A stretch of DNA of 64,000 bases from IMG/VR virus record IMGVR_UViG_3300020045_006302, positions 20,697 through 84,696 of that record; one strand, given 5' to 3'. The DNA comes from a virus. Taxonomy: Duplodnaviria > Caudoviricetes. The position numbers and the translations under genes are program-made. Every line of letters starts with the position of its first letter. The first letter of the stretch is position 1. Below are positions 47,472 through 57,019 of the stretch, in pieces. Below the pieces are notes generated by a model that worked only from the letters and a program-made list of their open reading frames with translations, made no database searches and was not told the origin of the DNA.

Positions 47472-48087
47472 TGATGTAATAAAAATATGTCCTATAGTAT
47501 TAGATAAGGAAGATAAAGATGTACAAGATTTAGCATTATTTTATCTTCCTTATTCTACAGGATTTGAGATAGAATGTGAATGTAAAGAGGATGTAAATAA
47601 ATTTGAATTTCAAAAATTACAACTTTTACATTTAGATATAAATTCTTCTGAACAAAGATTTAGAATACAAAACGGAATAGAAGGATTATGTCAATTATAT
47701 AATATTGCAAAATTACTTCCTACTTCTATGTATTTTAATGATGAAAGTGGAATACATTATCATATAGATTGTACTGATATTTATGATAAATTAAATAAAG
47801 ATTTAATAAAAGATATGTCAGAATATATTCTTAATGAATTAGATACATGGGAATATAAAGGAACTTACAATAGTAGAAAATGTGAATTTAGTGAAGATAG
47901 AAATTATACAAGATTTAAAAGCTTAACTAAAACAATGGAATTTAGAATTGGAGAAATGACTTTCGATTATGAAGTATTGTTTAAAAGAATTACACATTGT
48001 AATAGTATTGTAAGAGAAATTAAAAATAAAATAAATTATAACTTTGAGGAAGATATTGTAATTAAGGATAGAATAATTAAAATATAA
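47395..48087 (+). CDS. Amidoligase-2 (COOH-NH2 ligase)-like protein, start codon unclear
   Basis: TGFEIEC, EQRFR, SGIHYHID, TMEFR; no in-frame ATG before these motifs. Confidence 0.6.
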   Translation: MYKKYKKKKHILLLHLHIEEEVENINDVIKICPIVLDKEDKDVQDLALFYLPYSTGFEIECECKEDVNKFEFQKLQLLHLDINSSEQRFRIQNGIEGLCQLYNIAKLLPTSMYFNDESGIHYHIDCTDIYDKLNKDLIKDMSEYILNELDTWEYKGTYNSRKCEFSEDRNYTRFKSLTKTMEFRIGEMTFDYEVLFKRITHCNSIVREIKNKINYNFEEDIVIKDRIIKI

Positions 48088-48089
48088 AC

Positions 48090-48110
48090 TTTCCCAATAG
48101 AAAGATATCA
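48090..48110 (+). repeat. Dispersed motif copy (TTTCCCAATAGAAAGATATCA)
   Basis: Fills the intergenic gap 48088-48116. Confidence 0.88.
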
Positions 48111-48116
48111 ACAACT

Positions 48117-48422
48117 ATGGATAAATATGATTATAATACAGTAAAAGAAATTACAACTCAATATCCTAAAGATAATGCTATAAATTTCTTATTAAGGATT
48201 ATTAAACAACAAAAATATGAAAGAGAAAAAGTAGAAGATGGAATATTTGTTAAAGATGATGTATATAAATCTCTAAAAGGAATTATAAAATCTACAATAG
48301 CTAAAAATAAAACATTAGAAATTAAAGTAGCAAATCAATCAAAACAAATACGAGAATTAGAAGCAAAATTAAAAGAATGTAAGGAACTTTTACCGGATTT
48401 GGATGCAGAAACTGACGATTAA
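48117..48422 (+). CDS. Coiled-coil hypothetical protein
   Basis: C-terminal heptads; bracketed by two motif copies. Confidence 0.5.
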   Translation: MDKYDYNTVKEITTQYPKDNAINFLLRIIKQQKYEREKVEDGIFVKDDVYKSLKGIIKSTIAKNKTLEIKVANQSKQIRELEAKLKECKELLPDLDAETDD

Positions 48423-48460
48423 AATTCAAGCCTGTGGATAGCGTTTTTAGCCTCAATGAC

Positions 48461-48482
48461 TGATTATCTTTCTATAGGGAAG
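48461..48482 (-). repeat. 22-bp dispersed motif copy (CTTCCCTATAGAAAGATAATCA)
   Basis: Intergenic; inverted relative to the copy at 48090. Confidence 0.9.
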
Positions 48483-48510
48483 GGTTAAGACCTCCTTAGA
48501 TTTTAAATCT

Positions 48511-48529
48511 CTTAAATCTCCTTAAAATC
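48511..48529 (+). repeat. Intergenic motif CTTAAATCTCCTTAAAATC
   Basis: 18/19 identical to 37466..37484. Confidence 0.6.
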
Positions 48530-48563
48530 ATTCAAAATAAATACAACTTAAAATATAAATAAA

Positions 48564-49100
48564 ATGTCAGAACAAACAACAGGATTAGCAGTAATCTCTC
48601 CTTTACTTGATACAAGTATAAATACTGTATCTAAAAATATAGTACAACAAGTAGTAAATGGAGAAGTAAATGCCGTAGAAGCACATATGGCTGTAAAATG
48701 GTTAGAAAGTTTAGCTAAAGAAATTACAGAAAATAAAGAATATAAATCTGCAGTACTAGCAGGAATAGAAAAACAAGTAGAAGGAAATAAAAGAAGTATA
48801 ACTTATAAAGATCATACTGTAGCTATAAGAGCAACTTCTACTTATTATGATTTTGAAGCTACAAAAGATCCATTATGGCAAGAATGGAAAGATATTGAAA
48901 CCAGAGCTAAAGAAGCCCTTAAGAAAAGAGAAGACGAATTAAAAGCAGGATGGGATGAAAAATCTTTTAATATACAAGTAAAAACTGTATTAATAGAAAA
49001 ATTACCTACTTTAAATATGGAAGAAGTAATGCAAGATTATAGGATATATCCTCCTGTTAAACATCAAAAAGATGGACCAGTAGTAACATTTAAAAAGTAA
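48564..49100 (+). CDS. Hypothetical protein
   Basis: 178-aa ORF. Confidence 0.55.
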   Translation: MSEQTTGLAVISPLLDTSINTVSKNIVQQVVNGEVNAVEAHMAVKWLESLAKEITENKEYKSAVLAGIEKQVEGNKRSITYKDHTVAIRATSTYYDFEATKDPLWQEWKDIETRAKEALKKREDELKAGWDEKSFNIQVKTVLIEKLPTLNMEEVMQDYRIYPPVKHQKDGPVVTFKK

Positions 49101-49104
49101 AATA

Positions 49105-50052
49105 ATGATTATAGCACTTTCAGGAAAAATAGGAGCAGGTAAAGATTTAGTAGGAAGTATTATACAATATCTTACAGTTTCTAATATAAAAGGAAATACT
49201 TTTCCAGTTACAATAGAAGAATATTTAAAAGGTATAACAGGAAAATTATATGATAATGGTTATGGAGATAATATAATTGATGTATATGAAACTTTTAAAA
49301 TAGAAAAATTTGCAAATACTCTTAAAGATATAGTATGTTTACTAACTAATTGTACAAGAGAACAATTAGAAGATAGAGAATTTAAAGAACAGGAATTAGG
49401 AGAAGAATGGAGAATATGGTTTATGACTCATTATAAACTAAATGGTAATAAAATTGGTAAACTTTATTCAAGTAAGCAAGAAATAACAGAATATGAAAAT
49501 TCTGAGTTTTTTAAAAGTTTTAAATTAGATGGATATCAAATAGAAACTAAAATATTAACTCGTAGACTGTTATTACAATTATTAGGTACAGATTGTGGTA
49601 GAGATATAATACATCCTAATATATGGATTAATTCTTTATTTAGTAAATATATACCTTCTATGAAAACATTTACAGAAGAAGCAGAAGTATATAAAGGTAA
49701 TGCAATTTGGAATACAGGATATAATCCTAAAGTTCCAGTAGAACATCATAATTTAGATATAGGTAATAAATTATTTACTTGGTATAGACATGAATATCCT
49801 AATTGGATTATTACAGATTTAAGATTTCCAAATGAATTAAAAGCTATAGAAGAAAGAAAAGGTATTACTATTAGAATTAATAGAAATTATGTTGATAATG
49901 AAAATAAAATATTAAAAGTAGATTTTGAAGAACATGAAAGTGAAACAGCTTTAGACAATGCTACATTTTCATATATTATAGATAATAATGGTACTATAGA
50001 AGAATTAATAGAAAAAGTAAAAGAAATATTAATTAAAGAAAACCTAATATGA
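49105..50052 (+). CDS. Deoxynucleoside monophosphate kinase
   Basis: IIALSGKIGAGKD, FANTLKD, RRLLLQLLGTDCGR, WIITDLRFPNE, HESETALD. Confidence 0.9.
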   Translation: MIIALSGKIGAGKDLVGSIIQYLTVSNIKGNTFPVTIEEYLKGITGKLYDNGYGDNIIDVYETFKIEKFANTLKDIVCLLTNCTREQLEDREFKEQELGEEWRIWFMTHYKLNGNKIGKLYSSKQEITEYENSEFFKSFKLDGYQIETKILTRRLLLQLLGTDCGRDIIHPNIWINSLFSKYIPSMKTFTEEAEVYKGNAIWNTGYNPKVPVEHHNLDIGNKLFTWYRHEYPNWIITDLRFPNELKAIEERKGITIRINRNYVDNENKILKVDFEEHESETALDNATFSYIIDNNGTIEELIEKVKEILIKENLI

Positions 50053-50477
50053 GAATAACTAATAAAATAGCGGATGAAATATTAAATTATACTAATCCAG
50101 TAATAGTTTTATTAAAAAACTTAGAAAATACTTTTAATTATAATTCTTTTGGACAAACTTCTAATAAATTTATTGCAATACCTAAATTAGAATTTAGACA
50201 AAGTTATACTTATCTTCCTGATAATAGAAATTTAGTAATAGGATTAGAACCTATAGAATTTCATTATAGAATTACACTACAAGATGTTACTATAATAGCA
50301 AGAAGAGTTCATATAAAAACAAGAGATAATATAGAACAATATAAAGAAAGTAAATTAAAATTAGACCAAGATTTTCTATCTTTTGTATTACATACTTTAA
50401 TAGGAGTTAAATCACAAGATTTAAAAGATTTTTATGATTTACAAGAATATAAGAAACGATATGGATATTTAAAATAA
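50049..50477 (+). CDS. Hypothetical protein
   Basis: Packed ORF. Confidence 0.45.
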   Translation: MRITNKIADEILNYTNPVIVLLKNLENTFNYNSFGQTSNKFIAIPKLEFRQSYTYLPDNRNLVIGLEPIEFHYRITLQDVTIIARRVHIKTRDNIEQYKESKLKLDQDFLSFVLHTLIGVKSQDLKDFYDLQEYKKRYGYLK

Positions 50478-50483
50478 ATAATT

Positions 50484-50780
50484 ATGATAAATTTATTAGA
50501 AGAAAGTTTAAAACGTAACATAATACGAGAAGGAAGAGCAGTAGGAAATACTACAAGACAGGTAGATTTAGCAATTGATTTATTACATCAAGGAGAAGAA
50601 ATTGAAGTAATAGACCATGCTAAAATTAGTAATCCTAATGGAGAACATCAAATGAATATATATTTATATTCTAAATTAAGAGAAAGATTTGATATTATGT
50701 ATAAATATCAAAGTAGGGTTAAATTAGAGAAAATGGAAAATCAAAATAAAATGATATTAAAATTAAATATAAAATCATGA
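50484..50780 (+). CDS. Hypothetical protein
   Basis: RAVGNTTRQVD.AI..L..G pattern. Confidence 0.45.
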   Translation: MINLLEESLKRNIIREGRAVGNTTRQVDLAIDLLHQGEEIEVIDHAKISNPNGEHQMNIYLYSKLRERFDIMYKYQSRVKLEKMENQNKMILKLNIKS

Positions 50781-51853
50781 GTGGAATAGGTCATATAGCA
50801 AGAGAAAGAGAAAAAGTATTAAGAAAAGACAAAACAACAGAAAAAGATTATTTATTATATCAAAAACAAGAATTATCTACTTTAGCAAGATTAATAATAA
50901 CCCATAAAGAACCTTCTGAAATAACTAATAAATATTTAGTTATGGATAATCCTTATTTAGTTCATATATTTTCAGAAGATTATATACTAAAACTAATGAG
51001 TAAACCTTATAAAAATAGACTTATAATAGCAGGACAATTATTAGCTGCTGAATTAGATAGATTAGAATACGAAGATAAAGTTAAAGAAGTAAAAGTTAAA
51101 GAAGTAAAAGAAAGATTTAATACTATTGATGATACAAAACCTGTAACAGGAAGAGAAATATTTGAATTAAAATTAAGTGAAGATTGGCAACCTAATAATA
51201 CTTATTTTAAAAGTGTACAACTTAATTTTACAGAAGAAGAAAAAAAAGAATGGGATAGTTTAATAGAAAAATGGAAAAATGAACCTCTAAAATTTTTACA
51301 TGTAGAAAATGAATTAACATTTCCTAAATTATTAGAAGAAATGAAACAATACTATAATGTACAAATATTACATGAAAGAGGTACTAAAGAAAATTCTCCT
51401 TATATATCAGAAGTATTAGAATTTATGAATGTTAACAAACAATACATTTCTAATATACCTAAAATACCTAATAAAGAATTAGCATTATTTAGAGTAAAAT
51501 TAATTCAAGAAGAATTAGATGAACTTACAGAAGCAATAGAAAATAATGATTTAATAGAAGTTGCTGATGCATTTGTAGATTTACAATATGTATTATCAGG
51601 CGGAGTATTAACTTTTGGATTAGGAGATTTATTTTATAAATTATTTGCAGAAGTACAAAGAAGTAATATGAGTAAAGCTTGTAATACTGAAGAAGAAGCA
51701 ATAGAAACAGTAAACGAATATAGAGAAAATGGAGTAGAAACTTATTATCAATATTCAGAAGGAAAATATATTATATATAGGAAAGAAGATAATAAGATAT
51801 TAAAAAGTATAAATTACAGTCCGGCTAATATTAAATCAATACTTAAACAATAA
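50777..51853 (+). CDS. MazG-like / PRA-PH nucleoside triphosphate pyrophosphohydrolase with extra N-terminal domain
   Basis: EVLEFM..LFRVKLIQEELDELTEA..DLIEVADAFVDLQYV..SNMSK. Confidence 0.8.
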   Translation: MSGIGHIAREREKVLRKDKTTEKDYLLYQKQELSTLARLIITHKEPSEITNKYLVMDNPYLVHIFSEDYILKLMSKPYKNRLIIAGQLLAAELDRLEYEDKVKEVKVKEVKERFNTIDDTKPVTGREIFELKLSEDWQPNNTYFKSVQLNFTEEEKKEWDSLIEKWKNEPLKFLHVENELTFPKLLEEMKQYYNVQILHERGTKENSPYISEVLEFMNVNKQYISNIPKIPNKELALFRVKLIQEELDELTEAIENNDLIEVADAFVDLQYVLSGGVLTFGLGDLFYKLFAEVQRSNMSKACNTEEEAIETVNEYRENGVETYYQYSEGKYIIYRKEDNKILKSINYSPANIKSILKQ

Positions 51854-53076
51854 TGAATATAAGTGCAAAAGTAATAACTGATTCTATTAATCAATATGGT
51901 AATAGATTAAGAACATTAGAAATAATATTTCCAAGGTATATTCTTGCAGAATTAAATACTCATAGAATGTTAAGTAAGAATAGTGCAAGTAGTAGAGCTA
52001 TTCCATTTAATAAAATGGTACAATCAGTACGAGATAATCCTTTTATTCCTTATGCATGGCAAAAAGATCATAAAGGTATGCAAGGTACTGAATATTTAGA
52101 TGAATTATCTGCTAATGATTTAGATGAAACTTGGATTAAAGAATTAACTGCAAAAGGATTATTAAGAGGATTTTGGGGAGACGATACAGAATATAATGGA
52201 GATAATTCTGCATTATATAATGCAATAAATTCTGCTACTAATTTAAATAAACATGGAGTAACTAAACAATTAGCAAATCGTTTATTAGAACCTTTTATGT
52301 ACCATAAAGTATTAATATCAGGTACAGAATGGGATAATTTCTTTGAATTACGTTGTCCTCAATACGAATTAACAGCAGAAGAAAGTCCTATAGGAGATAA
52401 ATCATATTATTATAGTAGTAGAAAAGATTTTATAAAATATTGTTCTAATATAATAGATTGTGAAAACTGGACTATATTAGATTGGTTAAAACGTAATAAA
52501 GGTAAAGCAGATATTCATATGATGTTTTTAGCAGAAGCTATATATGATGCTATTAATGAAAGTATACCTAAAGAATTAAAAAAAGGAGAATGGCATTTAC
52601 CTTATGGAGATAATATAGATGAAAATTTACTTATACCTATTGTAATTGAAAATAATTATACTAATCCTAATATTAATACATTAGATGAAGTTAATAAAAG
52701 TATAATAAAAGTATCTACAGCAAGATGTGCAAGATTATCATATCAAACATTAGGAGATAATCCTGAAATTAACTATGAAGCAGATTTAAAACTATTTAAT
52801 GGTTTATTAATAGATAAACCTATACATGCAAGTCCTGCTGAACATCCTTCAAGAGTAATGACTGATATGGAATATAAAAGTTATTCTAAAAGATATATAG
52901 TTAAAAATCTTACAGATAAATTAAAAGGAGAAAAAGAAAAAGGTATTACACATATAGGAATAGAAAGAGATAATAATGATAATATAATTCAATATCATGT
53001 AATAGAATATGGATGGTGTAATAATTACCGAGGATTTATACAACTACGTAAAATATTAGAAAATGACAATAACTAA
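51853..53076 (+). CDS. thyX: FAD-dependent thymidylate synthase
   Basis: ELNTHRMLSKNSASSRAIP, KQLANRLLEPF, NFFELR, VSTARCARLSY, HASPAEH. Confidence 0.9.
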   Translation: MNISAKVITDSINQYGNRLRTLEIIFPRYILAELNTHRMLSKNSASSRAIPFNKMVQSVRDNPFIPYAWQKDHKGMQGTEYLDELSANDLDETWIKELTAKGLLRGFWGDDTEYNGDNSALYNAINSATNLNKHGVTKQLANRLLEPFMYHKVLISGTEWDNFFELRCPQYELTAEESPIGDKSYYYSSRKDFIKYCSNIIDCENWTILDWLKRNKGKADIHMMFLAEAIYDAINESIPKELKKGEWHLPYGDNIDENLLIPIVIENNYTNPNINTLDEVNKSIIKVSTARCARLSYQTLGDNPEINYEADLKLFNGLLIDKPIHASPAEHPSRVMTDMEYKSYSKRYIVKNLTDKLKGEKEKGITHIGIERDNNDNIIQYHVIEYGWCNNYRGFIQLRKILENDNN

Positions 53077-53440
53077 AGAACAATTTATAAAAGATGCTGT
53101 AATTAGTATGGCATCTAATATTGAAATACTTCCTAATGATTATATAGTAAATAATCAAATTGTTGCTATTAATAATATATTTTCAATAGCAGAAGAATTA
53201 TGGAATAGATTTAATTATCAATTTTCAGAGCCTATTGTTATTGATTTAGATGCAGGAAATGAAAAAGTAATTGCAATTTATTTAGGTAATAGTGAAATAT
53301 ATAATCAAGGACAGTCGTATGAAGTAGATTTGGTTAAAGATGTAAGTAATTATTTAGTAAAAGAATTTACTCAAATAGCAGGAAGTTATACTACACAGGA
53401 AGCATTAAAATTAGATTGGAGAATAATTAAAATATTATAA
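53063..53440 (+). CDS. Hypothetical protein
   Basis: Packed ORF. Confidence 0.45.
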   Translation: MTITKEQFIKDAVISMASNIEILPNDYIVNNQIVAINNIFSIAEELWNRFNYQFSEPIVIDLDAGNEKVIAIYLGNSEIYNQGQSYEVDLVKDVSNYLVKEFTQIAGSYTTQEALKLDWRIIKIL

Positions 53441-53441
53441 T

Positions 53442-54473
53442 ATGAGTCACATGTTTAACAATAAAGGAGTCAATACTTCTTTCGTGAGTAAGAAAGAGTT
53501 GCCCTGGCACATGCTCGGGAAGATTGTAGATACAATGACTTCTAAAGAAGCAATAGTATTAGGAGGTTTAGATTTTGAAGTAGAAAAAGTTCCACTTTGG
53601 ATAAAGAATACAACTCCTATTACTTTTGATGAAGGCCGAGGACATGAAAATTTAATGAGAATTAAAGAAGGAGAAAATAATCCTCAATATTATTCAATGA
53701 ATAATGTAGTAGATAAATTTGCAATGATTAGAACTGATACTCAACATTACTTTGGTACTGTAGGTAGTAGATATGAACCCTTACAAAATATAGAAGCATT
53801 TGAATGGTTTGATAGTTTTATAGGAGAAAATAATACTCAATATGAAACAGTAGGAGCATTAGGAAATGGAGAAACAGTATTTATTACAGTAAAACTTCCT
53901 GATTATTTTGAAGTTGCAAAATCTCAAATAGATAAATATTTACTTTTATCTATGAGTCATGATGGAAGTTCGTCTATACAAATTACTTTTACTCCTATAA
54001 GAGTTGTATGTAATAATACCTTATCAGCTGCACTAAAAAATAGTAAGAATAAAATTACTATAAAACATACTCGTAATTTACGTGATAGGTTAGAAATAAC
54101 TAAACAAGTACTAGGATTAGTAAATACACAAGTAAATACATTAGCTCAAATTTGGGATAATTGGTCTACTGCTCCTATATCAGATGAAGATTCTCTTAAA
54201 ATAATGGAATTAGTATTAGGATTACCAAGAGATGAAAAAAATGAATTAAGTACAAGAGCAAGTAATATTTTACATTCTGTAAATACTTATTATCATTCAG
54301 GAGTAGGACAAGAAGATATAGTAGGAAGTAAATGGGGAGTATATAATGCTGTAACTGGTTATTTTCAAAATGTAAAAGATTATAAAACTCTTGATAATAA
54401 ATTTAGTAGTATATTTTTATCAAGTGATGAAAGAATTAGACAAGATTTATTTAATACATTACTAACATACTAA
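53442..54473 (+). CDS. DUF932 (TIGR03299-like) phage protein
   Basis: PWHMLG, GGLDFEVEK, R.DT..YFG.VG..Y..LQN.EAF, YET.G.LG.G, SHDGS, PIRVVCNNTL. Confidence 0.88.
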   Translation: MSHMFNNKGVNTSFVSKKELPWHMLGKIVDTMTSKEAIVLGGLDFEVEKVPLWIKNTTPITFDEGRGHENLMRIKEGENNPQYYSMNNVVDKFAMIRTDTQHYFGTVGSRYEPLQNIEAFEWFDSFIGENNTQYETVGALGNGETVFITVKLPDYFEVAKSQIDKYLLLSMSHDGSSSIQITFTPIRVVCNNTLSAALKNSKNKITIKHTRNLRDRLEITKQVLGLVNTQVNTLAQIWDNWSTAPISDEDSLKIMELVLGLPRDEKNELSTRASNILHSVNTYYHSGVGQEDIVGSKWGVYNAVTGYFQNVKDYKTLDNKFSSIFLSSDERIRQDLFNTLLTY

Positions 54474-54476
54474 AAT

Positions 54477-54752
54477 ATGGTACCATTTTTAATAATAGTA
54501 ATTTTAATTTTAATATGGTATAATATTATAACGGTATTAAGTTATAAAAATACAATTTATATATTAAAAAGAGAAGAAAACAAAGAAGATATAAAACCAT
54601 ATAATAGATATTTAAATACTATATCAGAATTACATATTACTAATCCTATTTTAGAAAAAGAAATTATATATGTAAAAGAAAATAATAGTTATTATATTTT
54701 TGATAGACTATGGAAAAAACTTGAAAATTATGAGAGAAAAAATAATAGCTGA
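54477..54752 (+). CDS. Small membrane-anchored protein
   Basis: N-terminal hydrophobic helix. Confidence 0.45.
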   Translation: MVPFLIIVILILIWYNIITVLSYKNTIYILKREENKEDIKPYNRYLNTISELHITNPILEKEIIYVKENNSYYIFDRLWKKLENYERKNNS

Positions 54753-55272
54753 AATAAATTCAGTATTAGAAAATTCTACATCAATGTCAGGAGTAAATTT
54801 ATTAGATAGATTTACTCCTATTGATTTAGGAAATTTTGCTACAGTAATATATTCTTGTTTACCTTTATATACAGATGAAAATATAGAAACTATTGTTTAT
54901 AATATTATTCATGTATTTGAAGATATAGAAAGAGGTATAAAATTTATATATAAAAATATAGCTTTATATTTACCGGATTATGTAAAACGAGAATATACAT
55001 CAGAAGATTTAACTGCATTAGTGTTTTGGATTAATTTATTAAATAAAATTAAATTTCAAACTGATTTAGTAGATGAAGAAGTAAATTATAAAGATTACTT
55101 ATTATCACATTTAATATCAGAAATAGATTTGAGAAATGAAATTCAAGAAGTAAAAGCAGATGGAGAAACATTATCAATGGGATTAAATTACCTTAGAGTA
55201 GATAGAGAAAGTGATTTATTGCTTCCCTCTACAAAGACTATCAGTGAATATGGAAAATATATTAAAAAATGA
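54730..55272 (+). CDS. Hypothetical protein
   Basis: ATG at 54730 preferred to the track start. Confidence 0.5.
   Translation: MREKIIAEINSVLENSTSMSGVNLLDRFTPIDLGNFATVIYSCLPLYTDENIETIVYNIIHVFEDIERGIKFIYKNIALYLPDYVKREYTSEDLTALVFWINLLNKIKFQTDLVDEEVNYKDYLLSHLISEIDLRNEIQEVKADGETLSMGLNYLRVDRESDLLLPSTKTISEYGKYIKK
55222..55243 (+). repeat. 22-bp dispersed motif copy (CTTCCCTCTACAAAGACTATCA)
   Basis: Coding. Confidence 0.88.
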
Positions 55273-55742
55273 GAATAACATTAGATATTGTAGTAGTTAA
55301 TTTAATTATAGTAGTATTGACTATCTTTCTATTGGGAAGATATAATAAAAATAAAATAAGTAAATTAAAGGAAGAAAATGCAAAATTAAATCATAAAATA
55401 AAATCTTTAACAAATGAAATTAAAATAAATATAGAAATAAATTTTATTATAGAATGTATATTAAATAAAGGATTAGTATTAGTAACAGAAGATAAAAGAT
55501 TGAGATTTAGTACTAATTATCAAATATTTAAAACTAAAGTTACAGTATTTATTCCAGTAAAAGGAGATAAAGGAGATGTAGTAGAAGGAAAATTATGTTA
55601 TATTTATAAAGAAAATGATATAAGATATTATATACCTCAATATAAATTTATAACTATATTAAAATCATATCACAAAAATAATACTTTAGATTATTTTAAA
55701 GCTTTATTAAAAAAAGAAGCAATAATAACAGATAATAAATAA
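55269..55742 (+). CDS. Membrane-anchored hypothetical protein
   Basis: N-terminal TM helix plus coil. Confidence 0.45.
   Translation: MRITLDIVVVNLIIVVLTIFLLGRYNKNKISKLKEENAKLNHKIKSLTNEIKINIEINFIIECILNKGLVLVTEDKRLRFSTNYQIFKTKVTVFIPVKGDKGDVVEGKLCYIYKENDIRYYIPQYKFITILKSYHKNNTLDYFKALLKKEAIITDNK
55318..55339 (-). repeat. 22-bp dispersed motif copy (CTTCCCAATAGAAAGATAGTCA)
   Basis: Coding; inverted relative to the copy at 55222. Confidence 0.88.
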
Positions 55743-55745
55743 ATT

Positions 55746-55991
55746 ATGAGATATTGGATAGGTAAAGCTTCTCCATCTTTTGTAGGAGCAGAAGAAGAAT
55801 GGAAATTTAAGGCAGAAAATGAAGAAGATGCTATGGATTTCTTTAGAGATACAGGAGTACAACATATAGAAGGATATGAAAGTCCTTCTCAATGGGAAGA
55901 AGAAAATGATATTGAATATGAATATAATATTCATGTAGAAGAGATATCAGAAAAAGAATACAATGAATCCGATATACAAGTATTAGAATAA
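55746..55991 (+). CDS. Small acidic hypothetical protein
   Basis: E/D-rich 81 aa. Confidence 0.5.
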   Translation: MRYWIGKASPSFVGAEEEWKFKAENEEDAMDFFRDTGVQHIEGYESPSQWEEENDIEYEYNIHVEEISEKEYNESDIQVLE

Positions 55992-56021
55992 ATATAAATA
56001 TTAACTTAAATTTTAAATAAA

Positions 56022-56291
56022 ATGGACGGACAAACAGAACAAGGTACATTAGGTACACCGAGAGAATTAACATTTGGAGAAAAATTAATGGGAGTAAATT
56101 TTAATCCATCAAATTTATCAAATGTATATAGCGTTAAAAGGTCATTTGCTTATATAGCAGATACTATAGGAGATCCTACAGCTGATACAGAAAAAAGAAG
56201 TTGGACTTATAATGTATTAAGGACAGCAGCATTAAATGGATGTGTATTAGCACAAATGTCAGTAGTTAAATTTATAACTTGGAAAGATTAA
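56022..56291 (+). CDS. Acb2-like (anti-CBASS nucleotide sponge) candidate
   Basis: TFGEK.MGVNFNPS..V..VKR.FA..AD..; C-terminal helix AQMSVVKFITW resembles the Acb2/Tad1-type hairpin family (recalled, not searched). Confidence 0.55.
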   Translation: MDGQTEQGTLGTPRELTFGEKLMGVNFNPSNLSNVYSVKRSFAYIADTIGDPTADTEKRSWTYNVLRTAALNGCVLAQMSVVKFITWKD

Positions 56292-56424
56292 CTATTATGG
56301 AAGAAAGTTTAACTTATAATCAAAAGATAGAAATACTTAGATTAGCAACTATTAATAGTGTAGATAATAATGATACTATTAAAAAATATAAAGAATTAAT
56401 AAAAGTAATTAAAGAATATTAAAT

Positions 56425-56955
56425 ATGAGCCAAAACACAATGGGTTATAGTGGTACTAAAGCAACTAAAAAACCAGTAGAAATAGAATTTTTTACATTTG
56501 AAGAAGTAGTAAATATAGGAATAGTAAATAATCCTGAAAGTTTACATGATGGTATTCCTTGGGTAATAGCAATTAATGGACATAATTTAACACATGAAAA
56601 TAATGAATGTTATATTATACCTACATTAGAAGGTAGTTATAATTTTACTCCTAATGATGTATTAATTATAGGAGTTAAAGGAGAAATATATCCATGTAAA
56701 AAAGATATATTTAATTTAACTTATAATGTTAAACAAGAAACTACATTCTTACAAAGATTGATAATTGAAGAAGAGGAATTAAATACTAAATTAATAGGAT
56801 TAGGAAAATTCTTAGATAAACCTAATGAAGAATTAAATAGTATGGTAGGAAATTATCAAAAGGTATTATTACAAATTCAATTATGTTCTATGGATACTTA
56901 TCATAAAGTATTACAAGAAAGAATAAAAGATTTATCAAGTAATAAAGCTTCTTAA
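56425..56955 (+). CDS. PTLEG/PGDYG-like domain fused to a crAss001_48-like coiled-coil
   Basis: KKPVEI..IPTLEG..IIGVKGEIYPCKKDIF..TY, then TFLQRLIIEEEELNTKL..L..FL..Q..SMDTY..VL.ERI. Confidence 0.65.
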   Translation: MSQNTMGYSGTKATKKPVEIEFFTFEEVVNIGIVNNPESLHDGIPWVIAINGHNLTHENNECYIIPTLEGSYNFTPNDVLIIGVKGEIYPCKKDIFNLTYNVKQETTFLQRLIIEEEELNTKLIGLGKFLDKPNEELNSMVGNYQKVLLQIQLCSMDTYHKVLQERIKDLSSNKAS

Positions 56956-56978
56956 TATATAATATTATATTAAAATAG

Positions 56979-57011
56979 AAAACCCTATAGAAATTAATCT
57001 ATAGGGTTTTT
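56979..57011. terminator. Bidirectional Rho-independent terminator at the convergence point
   Basis: AAAACCCTATAG-AAATTAAT-CTATAGGGTTTTT between converging operons. Confidence 0.88.
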
Positions 57012-57019
57012 ACATTTTA

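Noticed and set aside
48412-48418. CTGACGA at the end of ORF 48117 as a hammerhead core
   Set aside because: Stem II and III partners cannot be formed
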